Below are positions 1 through 6,277 of a DNA stretch of 11,059 nucleotides, piece after piece. Position 1 is the first letter of the stretch, and each line of letters opens with the position of its first letter. The stretch lies in the IMG/VR virus record IMGVR_UViG_2690316115_000019; one strand, written 5' to 3'. This stretch comes from a virus. Its lineage: Duplodnaviria > Heunggongvirae > Uroviricota > Caudoviricetes. The notes below the pieces were generated by a model that saw nothing but the letters and a program-made list of their open reading frames with translations, made no database searches and had not been told where the DNA came from. The translations under genes and the position numbers were made by a program.

Positions 1-69
1 ATTTTCAAGAACCGTTCTGACAGCTTCGGCTTTGAACTCTTTAGAGTAACGTTGGGTTTTTCTGCTCAT
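1..69 (-). CDS. IS3-family transposase OrfA, N-terminal fragment (partial; runs off window)
   Basis: Minus-strand ATG at 67-69 with AAGGAG 6 nt upstream. Translation MSRKTQRYSKEFKAEAVRTVLEN shows the SxEFKxEAV pattern of IS3-family OrfA helix-turn-helix proteins (recalled, resembles IS600-group OrfA). It is not on the ORF track because it is truncated by the window edge. Confidence 0.6.
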   Translation of the reverse strand, partial: MSRKTQRYSKEFKAEAVRTVLEN

Positions 70-133
70 TATTAGCTCCTTCTGATGCCATTCTATTTCA
101 GGAAGGAGTGTCCGTTAAACTCAGGCTACCTCA
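1..133 (-). mobile_element. Partial IS3-family insertion sequence; terminal inverted repeat ends at about 133 and the element continues beyond the window start
   Basis: Reverse complement of 101-133 reads TGAGGTAGCCTGAGTTTAACGGACACTCCTTCC, a TGA-initiated terminus typical of IS3-family inverted repeats. It lies about 65 nt upstream of an OrfA-like start preceded by AAGGAG. Only one end is in the window, so element identity and target duplication cannot be checked. Confidence 0.55.
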
Positions 134-642
134 TGCAGCTTAAGCTCCGGATACATGGCGTTAACTTCTGGCATTTTCATCAACGCTTCAACGATATGTC
201 CGTCGAATGTTGCCATGTCTTCCTGCAACAGTTCCTGTGCGCTAATAACCATATCAACGGTGATGTTTTCACATGTGTCGAACTTAACCATGACAGCGTT
301 CTGTACTTCAGGGGCCAGCTTGTCAAAAGTGACGTTCATCGGATAGGATTCAGTCTCAACCGGGACAAAAGAAGCAGACTCCTCATCCCAGCGGTTTTCC
401 TGCATATATTCAGCATCCCATGAATCGAGGGCAGGGCGGGGTATGCCAGGTTTATCCTCGCAGATAATAAATTTATAAGCGCAGTCCTGAGCAGCCGGAT
501 AATGTTCCAGGAATTGCCAGTGAAATTTTGCTCGAGCACGGCGTTCGTCGCCAGCTTCAATGGCTGTGGCTACAGCCACAGCGCCTTCTTCCCTTGTTGC
601 CAGTTCGTCAGGAATAGCGGCGCAAATAAAGACTTTACTCAT
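121..642 (-). CDS. Acidic hypothetical protein at the ydfE position downstream of dicB/ydfD; last 4 codons and stop lie inside the IS terminus, so the native C-terminus is probably replaced or truncated
   Basis: 173-aa ORF, same strand as dicB and ydfD, GAGG about 10 nt upstream of the ATG at 642. The ORF stop at 121-123 is within the IS inverted repeat (IS end about 133). No family recognised from sequence. Confidence 0.45.
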   Translation of the reverse strand: MSKVFICAAIPDELATREEGAVAVATAIEAGDERRARAKFHWQFLEHYPAAQDCAYKFIICEDKPGIPRPALDSWDAEYMQENRWDEESASFVPVETESYPMNVTFDKLAPEVQNAVMVKFDTCENITVDMVISAQELLQEDMATFDGHIVEALMKMPEVNAMYPELKLHEVA

Positions 643-735
643 TTTGTTTTAACCTCATGACAGATTTAAGGATGAACAAATCCCTGCCATTGCTGGCATA
701 TAAGAATGAAACCGGATATTTATTACGGAACTGTT

Positions 736-927
736 TTAAAGACCTGCCGGGATTTCGATATTATCCTGGTGAATAACTTTATCGACCGGGTAACAGTTAC
801 CGGGAATTTTCTGTTCGGTTGCTGCAGTCATACACTCCTGCATTGTCCTGTGAACACTGACTGCAATATCAACTGGCTCTCCGGAAACAAGAAAAACTGT
901 CAGAACAAGTGCAAATGCTGTATTCAT
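736..927 (-). CDS. ydfD: YdfD-like small protein (63 aa) with N-terminal hydrophobic/signal-like segment
   Basis: Internal ATG of ORF 736..981 with AGGA upstream. Its start overlaps the dicB stop in an ATGA arrangement (925-927 versus 924-926), suggesting translational coupling. N-terminus MNTAFALVLTVFLVSG is hydrophobic. Size and position match ydfD of the Qin dicB operon (recalled). Confidence 0.55.
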   Translation of the reverse strand: MNTAFALVLTVFLVSGEPVDIAVSVHRTMQECMTAATEQKIPGNCYPVDKVIHQDNIEIPAGL

Positions 928-1112
928 TGCCAGCATCCTTTTTGTATCGGACGTAAACGGGCCAGCATTGAAAGAATGCATATTTTATTTAATAACTCCC
1001 GTTCGTGTTTTCTCTTGTTAATGGCATCTTCAGTAAATACAGGGTTACTGATAGTGACACCAATTTCAAAACAACCTTCAGACGTATTAACGTTTGGTAA
1101 TAACGTTTCCAT
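924..1112 (-). CDS. dicB: DicB cell-division inhibitor (62 aa)
   Basis: Internal ATG at 1110-1112 of ORF 924..1217 with GAGGA 8 nt upstream. Protein METLLPNVNTSEGCFEIGVTISNPVFTEDAINKRKHERELLNKICILSMLARLRPIQKGCWQ closely matches my recollection of E. coli DicB (MKTLLPNVNTSEGCFEIGVTISNPVF...). It lies about 170 nt downstream of the DicF-like RNA, as in Qin. Confidence 0.75.
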   Translation of the reverse strand: METLLPNVNTSEGCFEIGVTISNPVFTEDAINKRKHERELLNKICILSMLARLRPIQKGCWQ

Positions 1113-1281
1113 TATCGCGTCCTCAACAATGAATTTTGTGATGCAGTGCCTGGTGCCTCCAGGTGACGTTAACCAGTTAACAATTAACGCCGGATACAGA
1201 GAATCCACCCATAACACTGTTTTTGGTTTTAACTGTTCCGCGTGCGCTTAGCCGCATTCACCGCATCACAAAATTCACTTT

Positions 1282-1339
1282 AAAAAGGGCGGCAGAGCAG
1301 TCACGGAGTAGAACTGATACCGCCAAAAGTCACCAGAAA
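1282..1339 (-). ncRNA. dicF: DicF-like small regulatory RNA with 3' intrinsic terminator
   Basis: Reverse complement of 1282-1339 is TTTCTGGTGACTTTTGGCGGTATCAGTTCTACTCCGTGACTGCTCTGCCGCCCTTTTT. This differs at about two positions from the DicF sequence as I recall it and ends in GCCGCCC plus a T-run. Position between a 72-aa gene and dicB matches the Qin dicB operon. Confidence 0.75.
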
Positions 1340-1680
1340 ATTGATAACAGAGGGCGTTGCAGCGGGGTTGTCACTTAAGCGTATGGTCAACCTGACAACC
1401 CGGTGTCCTCAACGGTGGAAGGAATAACCCCGCCATACTTACCGCCGCGCCATTTCGCGGAGTGCCACAACCGGAAGCGCACGGTCGACGAAAATTTAAC
1501 GACAGGTTATCTATGAACCAGCTACCTCGCCGTGCGCTTTCGCGTTATGGTCTGACTTTTCATGGAAATATCCTTTCAGTAAACTGTCAGTGCCGGATGC
1601 TCACCCGTGTCCGGCGCACGCACTCCACCTCACCCGTGGAGAACTCCTTAATTACCAACCTTAGCTTCGTTGGTTAGCTA

Positions 1681-1899
1681 TTAACGCGGGTATGTAATCA
1701 TTCTGGCAATGCTTAATGCCGCTGCTTTTTCCAGCCTGGTGATATCCTGCTCCAGAGCGGACAGATTTTCAGCCTGCTTAGCCCTGGCTTCATTGGCCCA
1801 TTTCAGGTCCTGCGCTGCCTTAATTTTCTGGTGCATCCACTCATAAAGTTCATCATCGGTATAGTCTGGCGCGATGATGACGGGTTCTCGTTTCTGCAT
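1681..1899 (-). CDS. Small charged, probably coiled-coil protein (72 aa); possible YdfC-like gene preceding DicF
   Basis: ATG at 1897-1899 with consensus AAGGAG 5 nt upstream. It is the same size as, and in the same position relative to DicF as, ydfC in Qin. Assignment is by size and position only, not sequence. Confidence 0.55.
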   Translation of the reverse strand: MQKREPVIIAPDYTDDELYEWMHQKIKAAQDLKWANEARAKQAENLSALEQDITRLEKAAALSIARMITYPR

Positions 1900-1991
1900 G
1901 TCGGCTCCTTGTGGTTAGCGTTGCCTGCTTTTAACCACGTCAGGCGAGGTGGTATCCTCTGAGGGGTCTGTTACTCGAGAGGAAATTGGTT

Positions 1992-2192
1992 ATGAATACA
2001 ATCAAGTTTTCTTGCCCAGAATGTGGCGGCGAAGTCTTTGACACATCCTTTAAACCGCATGGCTCTGACAGTTTCGCGGGAGCCATCTGCAAAAATTGTG
2101 GTCACCTTGTAACTGAAGATGAGTCCTCGCAGTTTGATGACGAAATCGTTGACAATATCTTCGGTGCACTCACCAGAGACTTTCTGAAGTAA
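1992..2192 (+). CDS. Small zinc-ribbon protein (two CxxC pairs: CPECGG...CKNCGH), acidic C-terminus
   Basis: ATG at 1992 preceded by GAGAGGAAA. CxxC-x24-CxxC arrangement. It is oriented opposite to the surrounding minus-strand operon and conflicts with minus ORF 1971..2327, so it is uncertain. Confidence 0.4.
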   Translation: MNTIKFSCPECGGEVFDTSFKPHGSDSFAGAICKNCGHLVTEDESSQFDDEIVDNIFGALTRDFLK

Positions 2193-2227
2193 AGGCGCAT
2201 ACCGCTTAGTTACCGCTCTGATAATTC

Positions 2228-2416
2228 TTACCTGTCCGGCAATGGCGCTGATATCAATATAAAGCGCCATCGCTGTTTCTTTGCTGATCCCTGGATGCCT
2301 TCCATTCTGATGTTTGACTTCGCCCACTGAGAAATCCTCTGTTTCCCCTTAACGCCGGGGTAGCGGAACAAAAAACCTGCTGCATAGTTAAACGTAATCC
2401 CCGCCGTCATGTTCAT
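2228..2416 (-). CDS. Possible small basic protein just downstream (minus strand) of the left operator-like region, at the ydfA/ydfB position; low confidence
   Basis: 62-aa ORF on the track. GAGG lies close to the first ATG and a second ATG follows at 2408-2410. No recognisable domain. Confidence 0.2.
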   Translation of the reverse strand: MNMTAGITFNYAAGFLFRYPGVKGKQRISQWAKSNIRMEGIQGSAKKQRWRFILISAPLPDR

Positions 2417-2506
2417 ACGCCTCAGGCTGGCTACTTAACCCCTGACCACTGCCGGGTAACTCGAAGTATTGCCCTGCGTTCTGTGGGGCGGGGTGGGTTT
2501 ATGGAT

Positions 2507-2563
2507 ACAATTTACAAATTAAAATTTAACCGGTCAACATGTTTATTATTAAATTTGTAATTG
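2507..2563. promoter_or_regulatory. Operator-like region (OL-like) with half-sites TTACAAAT (2512-2519) and ATTTGTAA (2553-2560), sharing a 14-bp exact match with the immunity-region operators
   Basis: TTAAATTTGTAATT at 2549-2562 is identical to 3791-3804. TTACAAAT at 2512-2519 is identical to 3765-3772. AATTTACAAATT (2509-2520) is itself near-palindromic. It lies upstream of higB and at the head of the leftward dicB-type operon. Confidence 0.45.
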
Positions 2564-2605
2564 CGAGCTGTTGCATCAGTCCCAAAATGGGACTACTATA
2601 CAGTT

Positions 2606-2908
2606 ATGAAGATTATCTCAGTTAAAACACTCAGGGATTTTTGGGCGGAGAATCCTGATGCAGAACAACCGCTAAGGGCATGGGTGGATGAGGCGGCAAA
2701 AGCTGACTGGAAAAGCCCAGCAGACATTAAGGCACAATACCGAACGGCCAGTATATTGAAAAACCGGCGCGTGGTATTCAACATAAAAGGTAATCATTAC
2801 CGTTTAATTGTTGCAATTGCGTATCAGCGAGGATGGGTATTTGTTAAATTCATCGGAAACCACAAGGAATACGATACTATTGATGCTGATACCATCGAAC
2901 TGGAGTAA
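2606..2908 (+). CDS. higB: HigB-family type II toxin (mRNA interferase, RelE/ParE superfamily)
   Basis: 100 aa from ATG 2606. C-terminal pattern FNIKGNHYRLIVAIAYQRGWVFVKFIGNHKEYD resembles E. coli HigB/YgjN (GN..R....V.FIGTHKEYD). It is followed 2 nt later by a HigA-like gene. No clear Shine-Dalgarno, so the start is uncertain (track ORF begins at a TTG at 2561). Confidence 0.75.
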   Translation: MKIISVKTLRDFWAENPDAEQPLRAWVDEAAKADWKSPADIKAQYRTASILKNRRVVFNIKGNHYRLIVAIAYQRGWVFVKFIGNHKEYDTIDADTIELE

Positions 2909-2910
2909 GC

Positions 2911-3270
2911 ATGAACATCAAACCTATTCGTACAGAGCAAGATTATGAAGCCGCGTTGCGTGCTGTTGAACCCATGTTCGACAATGAGCCCGAAATTGAC
3001 ACGCCTGAGGGGGATTTTTTTGAGGTGATGTGTTTGCTAATAGAGGAATATGAAAAAAAACATTATCCCATTGAGCCACCATCCCCAATTGAAGCTATAA
3101 GATTTCGCATGGAACAGCAGGGGCTGACTGTGAAAGATTTGGAACCCGCAATTGGGAAAAAAAATCGGGTTTATGAGGTGTTGAATGGTACCAGAAGCCT
3201 TACGTTACCAATGATTCGCCGTCTTCATAATCAATTTGGTATCCCCCTGGAAAGCCTGGTTGGATTATAA
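2911..3270 (+). CDS. higA: HigA-family antitoxin (XRE-type helix-turn-helix)
   Basis: 119 aa. C-terminal helix-turn-helix segment LTLPMIRRLHNQFGIPLESL resembles E. coli HigA/YgjM (LTLEHAKKLATRFGISPALF). Toxin-first gene order with a 2-nt gap is typical of higBA. Confidence 0.75.
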   Translation: MNIKPIRTEQDYEAALRAVEPMFDNEPEIDTPEGDFFEVMCLLIEEYEKKHYPIEPPSPIEAIRFRMEQQGLTVKDLEPAIGKKNRVYEVLNGTRSLTLPMIRRLHNQFGIPLESLVGL

Positions 3271-3286
3271 AATCTGCTAGTCATTT

Positions 3287-3335
3287 GCCTGATGCTCGTT
3301 CCAGAAAAGGAATGCATCAGGCAGTTTTGTTTTTC
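3287..3335 (+). terminator. Intrinsic terminator after higA; overlaps the 3' end of the convergent repressor gene
   Basis: 9-bp inverted repeat GCCTGATGC (3287-3295) / GCATCAGGC (3313-3321), followed by AGTTTTGTTTTTCT (3322-3335). Confidence 0.55.
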
Positions 3336-3709
3336 TGCCGCAGTAACTCTTCAAGTTTCCGTTTATAGAAATCGCGTTTTTGCTCCATATCACGAATGAT
3401 CTGCTCTGCGTCGCTTTGAGGTAACTCATCTAAAAGCGATATGATTTTTCGTTGTTGTTCTGTAAGTTGCGGTTGGTTGTCATTACTGGATACAGCCATT
3501 TTATCGCCGAGAGTTTCTTCTTCCATAAAGAACCAATGGACGGGATGTTGTGAGAGCTCTGCTAATTTTTCCAGTTTATCCATTCTTGGCATCACGCCTT
3601 TCAACCAACCTTGCACGGATTGGGGTTTTACACCAAGACGTCTTCCCAGCTCTGACTGGTTTATATTCAATTCCTGCAACACCTGCTGAAGGCGTTTTAC
3701 AAAGATCAT
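3317..3709 (-). CDS. DicA/CI-like prophage repressor (N-terminal helix-turn-helix, C-terminal dimerisation-like region)
   Basis: ATG at 3707-3709 with GAGGGG upstream (track ORF starts two GTG codons earlier). Segment NQSELGRRLGVKPQSVQGWLKG is a helix-turn-helix. The C-terminal LTEQQRKIISLLDELPQSDAEQ...KLEELLRQK aligns with the DicA C-terminus as recalled. It is divergent from a Cro-like gene. Confidence 0.75.
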   Translation of the reverse strand: MIFVKRLQQVLQELNINQSELGRRLGVKPQSVQGWLKGVMPRMDKLEKLAELSQHPVHWFFMEEETLGDKMAVSSNDNQPQLTEQQRKIISLLDELPQSDAEQIIRDMEQKRDFYKRKLEELLRQKNKTA

Positions 3710-3763
3710 CACCACCCCTCGTAAACTAGTTCCGCGATCCTACAGAAAAAATTGATAAGTGGC

Positions 3764-3804
3764 ATTACAAATAGAAGTTGAAATTTAAATTTAAATTTGT
3801 AATT
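3764..3804. promoter_or_regulatory. Immunity-region operator/promoter block (OR-like) between the divergent repressor and cro-like genes
   Basis: ATTACAAAT (3764-3772) and ATTTGTAAT (3795-3803) are inverted copies. Tandem AAATTT repeats lie at 3781-3798. A candidate rightward promoter has -35 TTGAAA (3778-3783) and -10 AATTAT (3801-3806) overlapping the right site. GGAGGG precedes the ATG at 3836. Confidence 0.55.
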
Positions 3805-3835
3805 ATCGGTGTCATCGTAAAGTTCGGAGGGAAAC

Positions 3836-4096
3836 ATGCAAAAAAGTACTCAAGTGAAAATCCTGTCAATAATGAGCCAATCAGAATTAGGGCGTCGTCT
3901 TGGTAAAACACCGCAAACCATAAGTGGGTGGTTTAAAAAACGAGTGCCAGCGGAGGAGGTTATACCAGCATGTGAGGCGCTTGACTGGGGAGTAACTCCG
4001 CATGAATTGCGCCCTGATAAATACCCTAATCCAACCGATGGTTTACCTGTTGAGTATCAGGCTAACGCACAAGCAGCGGCGGGAGTTGATTCATGA
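3836..4096 (+). CDS. Cro-like helix-turn-helix regulator of the YdaS/DicC family
   Basis: 86 aa with a GGAGGG RBS. SQSELGRRLGKTPQTISGWFKK...ACEALDWGVTPHELRPD resembles Rac YdaS (recalled). Confidence 0.7.
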   Translation: MQKSTQVKILSIMSQSELGRRLGKTPQTISGWFKKRVPAEEVIPACEALDWGVTPHELRPDKYPNPTDGLPVEYQANAQAAAGVDS

Positions 4097-4518
4097 AAAT
4101 CAAGCATGAACACATCCGCATGGCGATGAATGTCTGGGCGCATCCGGACGGCGAAAAAGTGCCGGCTGCGAAAATTACCAAAGCGTATTTCGAGCTGGGA
4201 ATGACGTTCCCGGAACTGTATGACGACAGCCATCCGGAAGCCCTGGCCCGTAATACCCAGAAAATTTTCCGTTGGCTGGATAAAGACACCCCTGATGCTG
4301 TTGAAAAAATGCAGGCTCTGTTACCGGCGATCGAAAAGGCGATGCCGCCTTTGCTGGTGGCCCGTATGCGCAGCCACAGTTCTGAATATTACCGTGAGAT
4401 CGTCGAACGGAGGGATCGGCTGGTGAAGGATGTCGATGATTTTGTTGCGTCAGCGGTTGTTTTGTATGACCAGATGAATCGCGGCGGCCCGGCAGGGAAT
4501 GCTGTGGTGATGCACTAA
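4093..4518 (+). CDS. YdaT-like protein (CII-like regulator/toxin family of Rac-type prophages)
   Basis: 141 aa. Its start overlaps the upstream stop (ATGA at 4093-4096). N-terminus MKIKHEHI matches my recollection of YdaT. GGGAG RBS. Confidence 0.6.
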   Translation: MKIKHEHIRMAMNVWAHPDGEKVPAAKITKAYFELGMTFPELYDDSHPEALARNTQKIFRWLDKDTPDAVEKMQALLPAIEKAMPPLLVARMRSHSSEYYREIVERRDRLVKDVDDFVASAVVLYDQMNRGGPAGNAVVMH

Positions 4519-4540
4519 AAGCACGGTGTTCGGGGGTTTT

Positions 4541-5503
4541 ATGAGCAGCAAGCTTCATGGTCTTGTCTGGGAAGGGTGCGCCTTCACCGGCATGATCTTA
4601 TCCAGGGTGGCGGTTATGGCCCGTCTTGCAGACTACAGCAATGACGAGGGCGTGTCATGGCCTGCCATTGAAACTATCCGGCGTCAGATCGGTGCAAGAA
4701 GTGAATCCACAGTGAAATCGGCTATTGCAGAACTGGCGAAAGAGGGCTGGCTGACGAAGGAAGAGCGTAAGGTCGGTGGGCGTAATGTAAGCAATATCTA
4801 TCGGCTTAATGTGGAAAAACTCGAAGCAGCTGCGGCGGCGGCGCGTGAGTCATATAAACCGAAAAGAAAAATTAGCCCGGCAAAAAATGACCCGTTAACA
4901 GTTGACCCGTCAAATATTGACCCCTCAACGGTTGACCCGTCAAATTTTGATGGATCAACTGTTGATAAAAAACTGCCGATTAGGGGGCCGATGATTGACC
5001 CCGATCCGTCAGTATTAAAACCTGATCCGTCAGATAAAAGATCTTCTTGTCCGGACGCTTCGCAACCGGACCCGCAGACGGCTGAACAGGATTTTTTAAC
5101 CCGACACCCTGACGCGGTTGTGTTCAGTGCGAAAAAACGCCAGTGGGGAAGTCAGGAAGATTTGGTGTGCGCACAGTGGATCTGGGGACGAATCGTGAGT
5201 CTTTACGAGCAGGCGGCCAGCTATGATGGCGAGATCACTAGACCGAAAGAACCCAACTGGACAGCATGGGCCAATGACGTTCGCACAATGCGGATGCTGG
5301 ATGGCAGAACTCACAGACAAATTTGTGAAATGTTTGGGCGTCTCCAGCGGGATTCGTTCTGGGTAAAAAACATCATGAGTCCGGCAAAACTCCGGGAAAA
5401 ATGGGATGAACTGGTTATCCGCCTGGGGCGTTCGCCTGCGCAGCGTTGCGTGAATCACATTTCTGAACCGGACACTGAAATACCGCCGGGATTCAGGGGG
5501 TGA
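4541..5503 (+). CDS. Phage replication initiator: N-terminal winged-helix/helix-turn-helix domain, repeat-rich linker, C-terminal DnaT-like domain
   Basis: ATG at 4541 (track ORF from GTG at 4526). The C-terminus ...VNHISEPDTEIPPGFRG matches the E. coli DnaT C-terminus as recalled (...SEPDSQIPPGFRG). The N-terminus has a helix-turn-helix-like segment (WPAIETIRRQIGARSESTVKSAIAELAKEGWL). It is followed immediately by a DnaC-like gene. Confidence 0.75.
   Translation: MSSKLHGLVWEGCAFTGMILSRVAVMARLADYSNDEGVSWPAIETIRRQIGARSESTVKSAIAELAKEGWLTKEERKVGGRNVSNIYRLNVEKLEAAAAAARESYKPKRKISPAKNDPLTVDPSNIDPSTVDPSNFDGSTVDKKLPIRGPMIDPDPSVLKPDPSDKRSSCPDASQPDPQTAEQDFLTRHPDAVVFSAKKRQWGSQEDLVCAQWIWGRIVSLYEQAASYDGEITRPKEPNWTAWANDVRTMRMLDGRTHRQICEMFGRLQRDSFWVKNIMSPAKLREKWDELVIRLGRSPAQRCVNHISEPDTEIPPGFRG
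4887..5033. repeat. Iteron-like 15-bp direct repeats containing the palindrome TTGACCCGTCAA, embedded in the replication initiator gene (candidate origin)
   Basis: GTTGACCCGTCAAAT at 4901-4915 and again at 4931-4945. Degenerate copies: ATTGACCCCTCAACG (4916-4930), TGACCCGTTAACA (4888-4900), GATTGACCCCGATCCGTCAG (4992-5011), CCTGATCCGTCAG (5021-5033). A-rich spacers lie between them. The repeats encode the VDPSN(I/F) peptide repeats. Confidence 0.55.
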
Positions 5504-5509
5504 CGTGTC

Positions 5510-6256
5510 ATGAAAAACATTGCGGCAGTTGGGGTTCTTGAACGTATTCGCAGACTTGCACCACAGGGGTCGGTTCCACCGTACCGGACGGTGGAGGAGT
5601 GGCGGGAATGGCAACTTGCTGAAGGACGAAAACGCAGCGAGGAGATTAACCGCCAGAATCGCCAGTTGCGGGTGGAAAAAATCCTGAATCGTTCGGGCAT
5701 CCAGCCTCTGCACAGCAAATGCTCGTTTGCAAATTATCAGGTGCAGAACGACGGGCAAAAATACGCGCTGAGCCAGGCCAAATCCATAGCTGACGAACTG
5801 ATGACCGGGTGCACGAATTTTGTGTTCAGCGGTAAAACCGGCACCGGGAAAAATCACCTTGCAGCGGCGATGGGCAACCGGCTGATGGTGAAGGGGAGAA
5901 GCGTGATTATCGTCACCGTGTCTGACGTCATGAGCGTGTTGCATGACAGCTACGACAACGGCAAATCCGGGGAAAAATTTTTACAGGAGCTTTGCGGGGT
6001 TGATTTGCTGGTCCTGGATGAAATAGGCGTTCAGCGGGAGACGAAAAACGAGCAGGTGGTATTGCACCAGATAATTGATCGCCGGACAGCATCACTGTGC
6101 AGTGTCGGGATGTTAACAAACCTGAATCATGCCGCAATGAGCACGCTTCTTGGTGAGAGGATTATGGACCGCATGACCATGAACGGTGGTCGATGGGTGA
6201 CGTTTAACTGGGATAGCTGGCGTCCAAATGTCAGCAATATGAGGGTTGTGAAGTAA
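5510..6256 (+). CDS. DnaC-like replicative helicase loader (AAA+ ATPase)
   Basis: 248 aa. Walker A is GKTGTGKNHLAAA and Walker B is LLVLDEIG. It is alignable along its length to E. coli DnaC as recalled (NRSGIQPLH, FANYQV, MLTNLN, LGERIMDRM, FNWDSWR). Confidence 0.85.
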   Translation: MKNIAAVGVLERIRRLAPQGSVPPYRTVEEWREWQLAEGRKRSEEINRQNRQLRVEKILNRSGIQPLHSKCSFANYQVQNDGQKYALSQAKSIADELMTGCTNFVFSGKTGTGKNHLAAAMGNRLMVKGRSVIIVTVSDVMSVLHDSYDNGKSGEKFLQELCGVDLLVLDEIGVQRETKNEQVVLHQIIDRRTASLCSVGMLTNLNHAAMSTLLGERIMDRMTMNGGRWVTFNWDSWRPNVSNMRVVK

Positions 6257-6277
6257 TTTTGTCCGGAGGAAATTTTA

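Noticed and set aside
85-423. Plus-strand ORF (112 aa) and neighbouring small ORFs 155..346 (+) and 336..560 (-)
   Set aside because: They overlap the IS terminus and the better-supported minus-strand 121..642 gene. No RBS and low-complexity translation. Likely frame artefacts.
706-1251. Plus-strand ORF of 181 aa
   Set aside because: Antisense to dicB and the ydfD-like gene, which both have RBSs and recognisable products. Cys-rich, odd composition.
1462-1677. Plus-strand ORF of 71 aa in the region upstream of DicF
   Set aside because: No RBS, Arg-rich translation, and it lies in what is most likely the DicF precursor or 5' region on the opposite strand.
1971-2327. Minus-strand ORF of 118 aa
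   Set aside because: GTG start without RBS and overlaps the plus-strand zinc-ribbon ORF, which has a strong RBS. Kept only as an alternative if the zinc-ribbon gene proves spurious.
4062-4558. Minus-strand ORFs 4062..4289 and 4175..4558, and plus ORF 4220..4426
   Set aside because: Antisense to or out of frame within the ydaT-like gene. Arg/Pro/Ser-rich translations typical of off-frame GC-rich sequence.
5096-5944. Long minus-strand ORF (282 aa) and 5455..5718, 5928..6137, 6127..6390 minus ORFs
   Set aside because: Antisense to the replication initiator and DnaC-like genes, which have clear motifs. No RBS.
5510-6256. Possibility that the DnaC-like gene is an IS21-type IstB helper
   Set aside because: It follows a DnaT-fused initiator with overlapping stop/start and has DnaC-like N- and C-terminal regions; no IstA transposase is adjacent.
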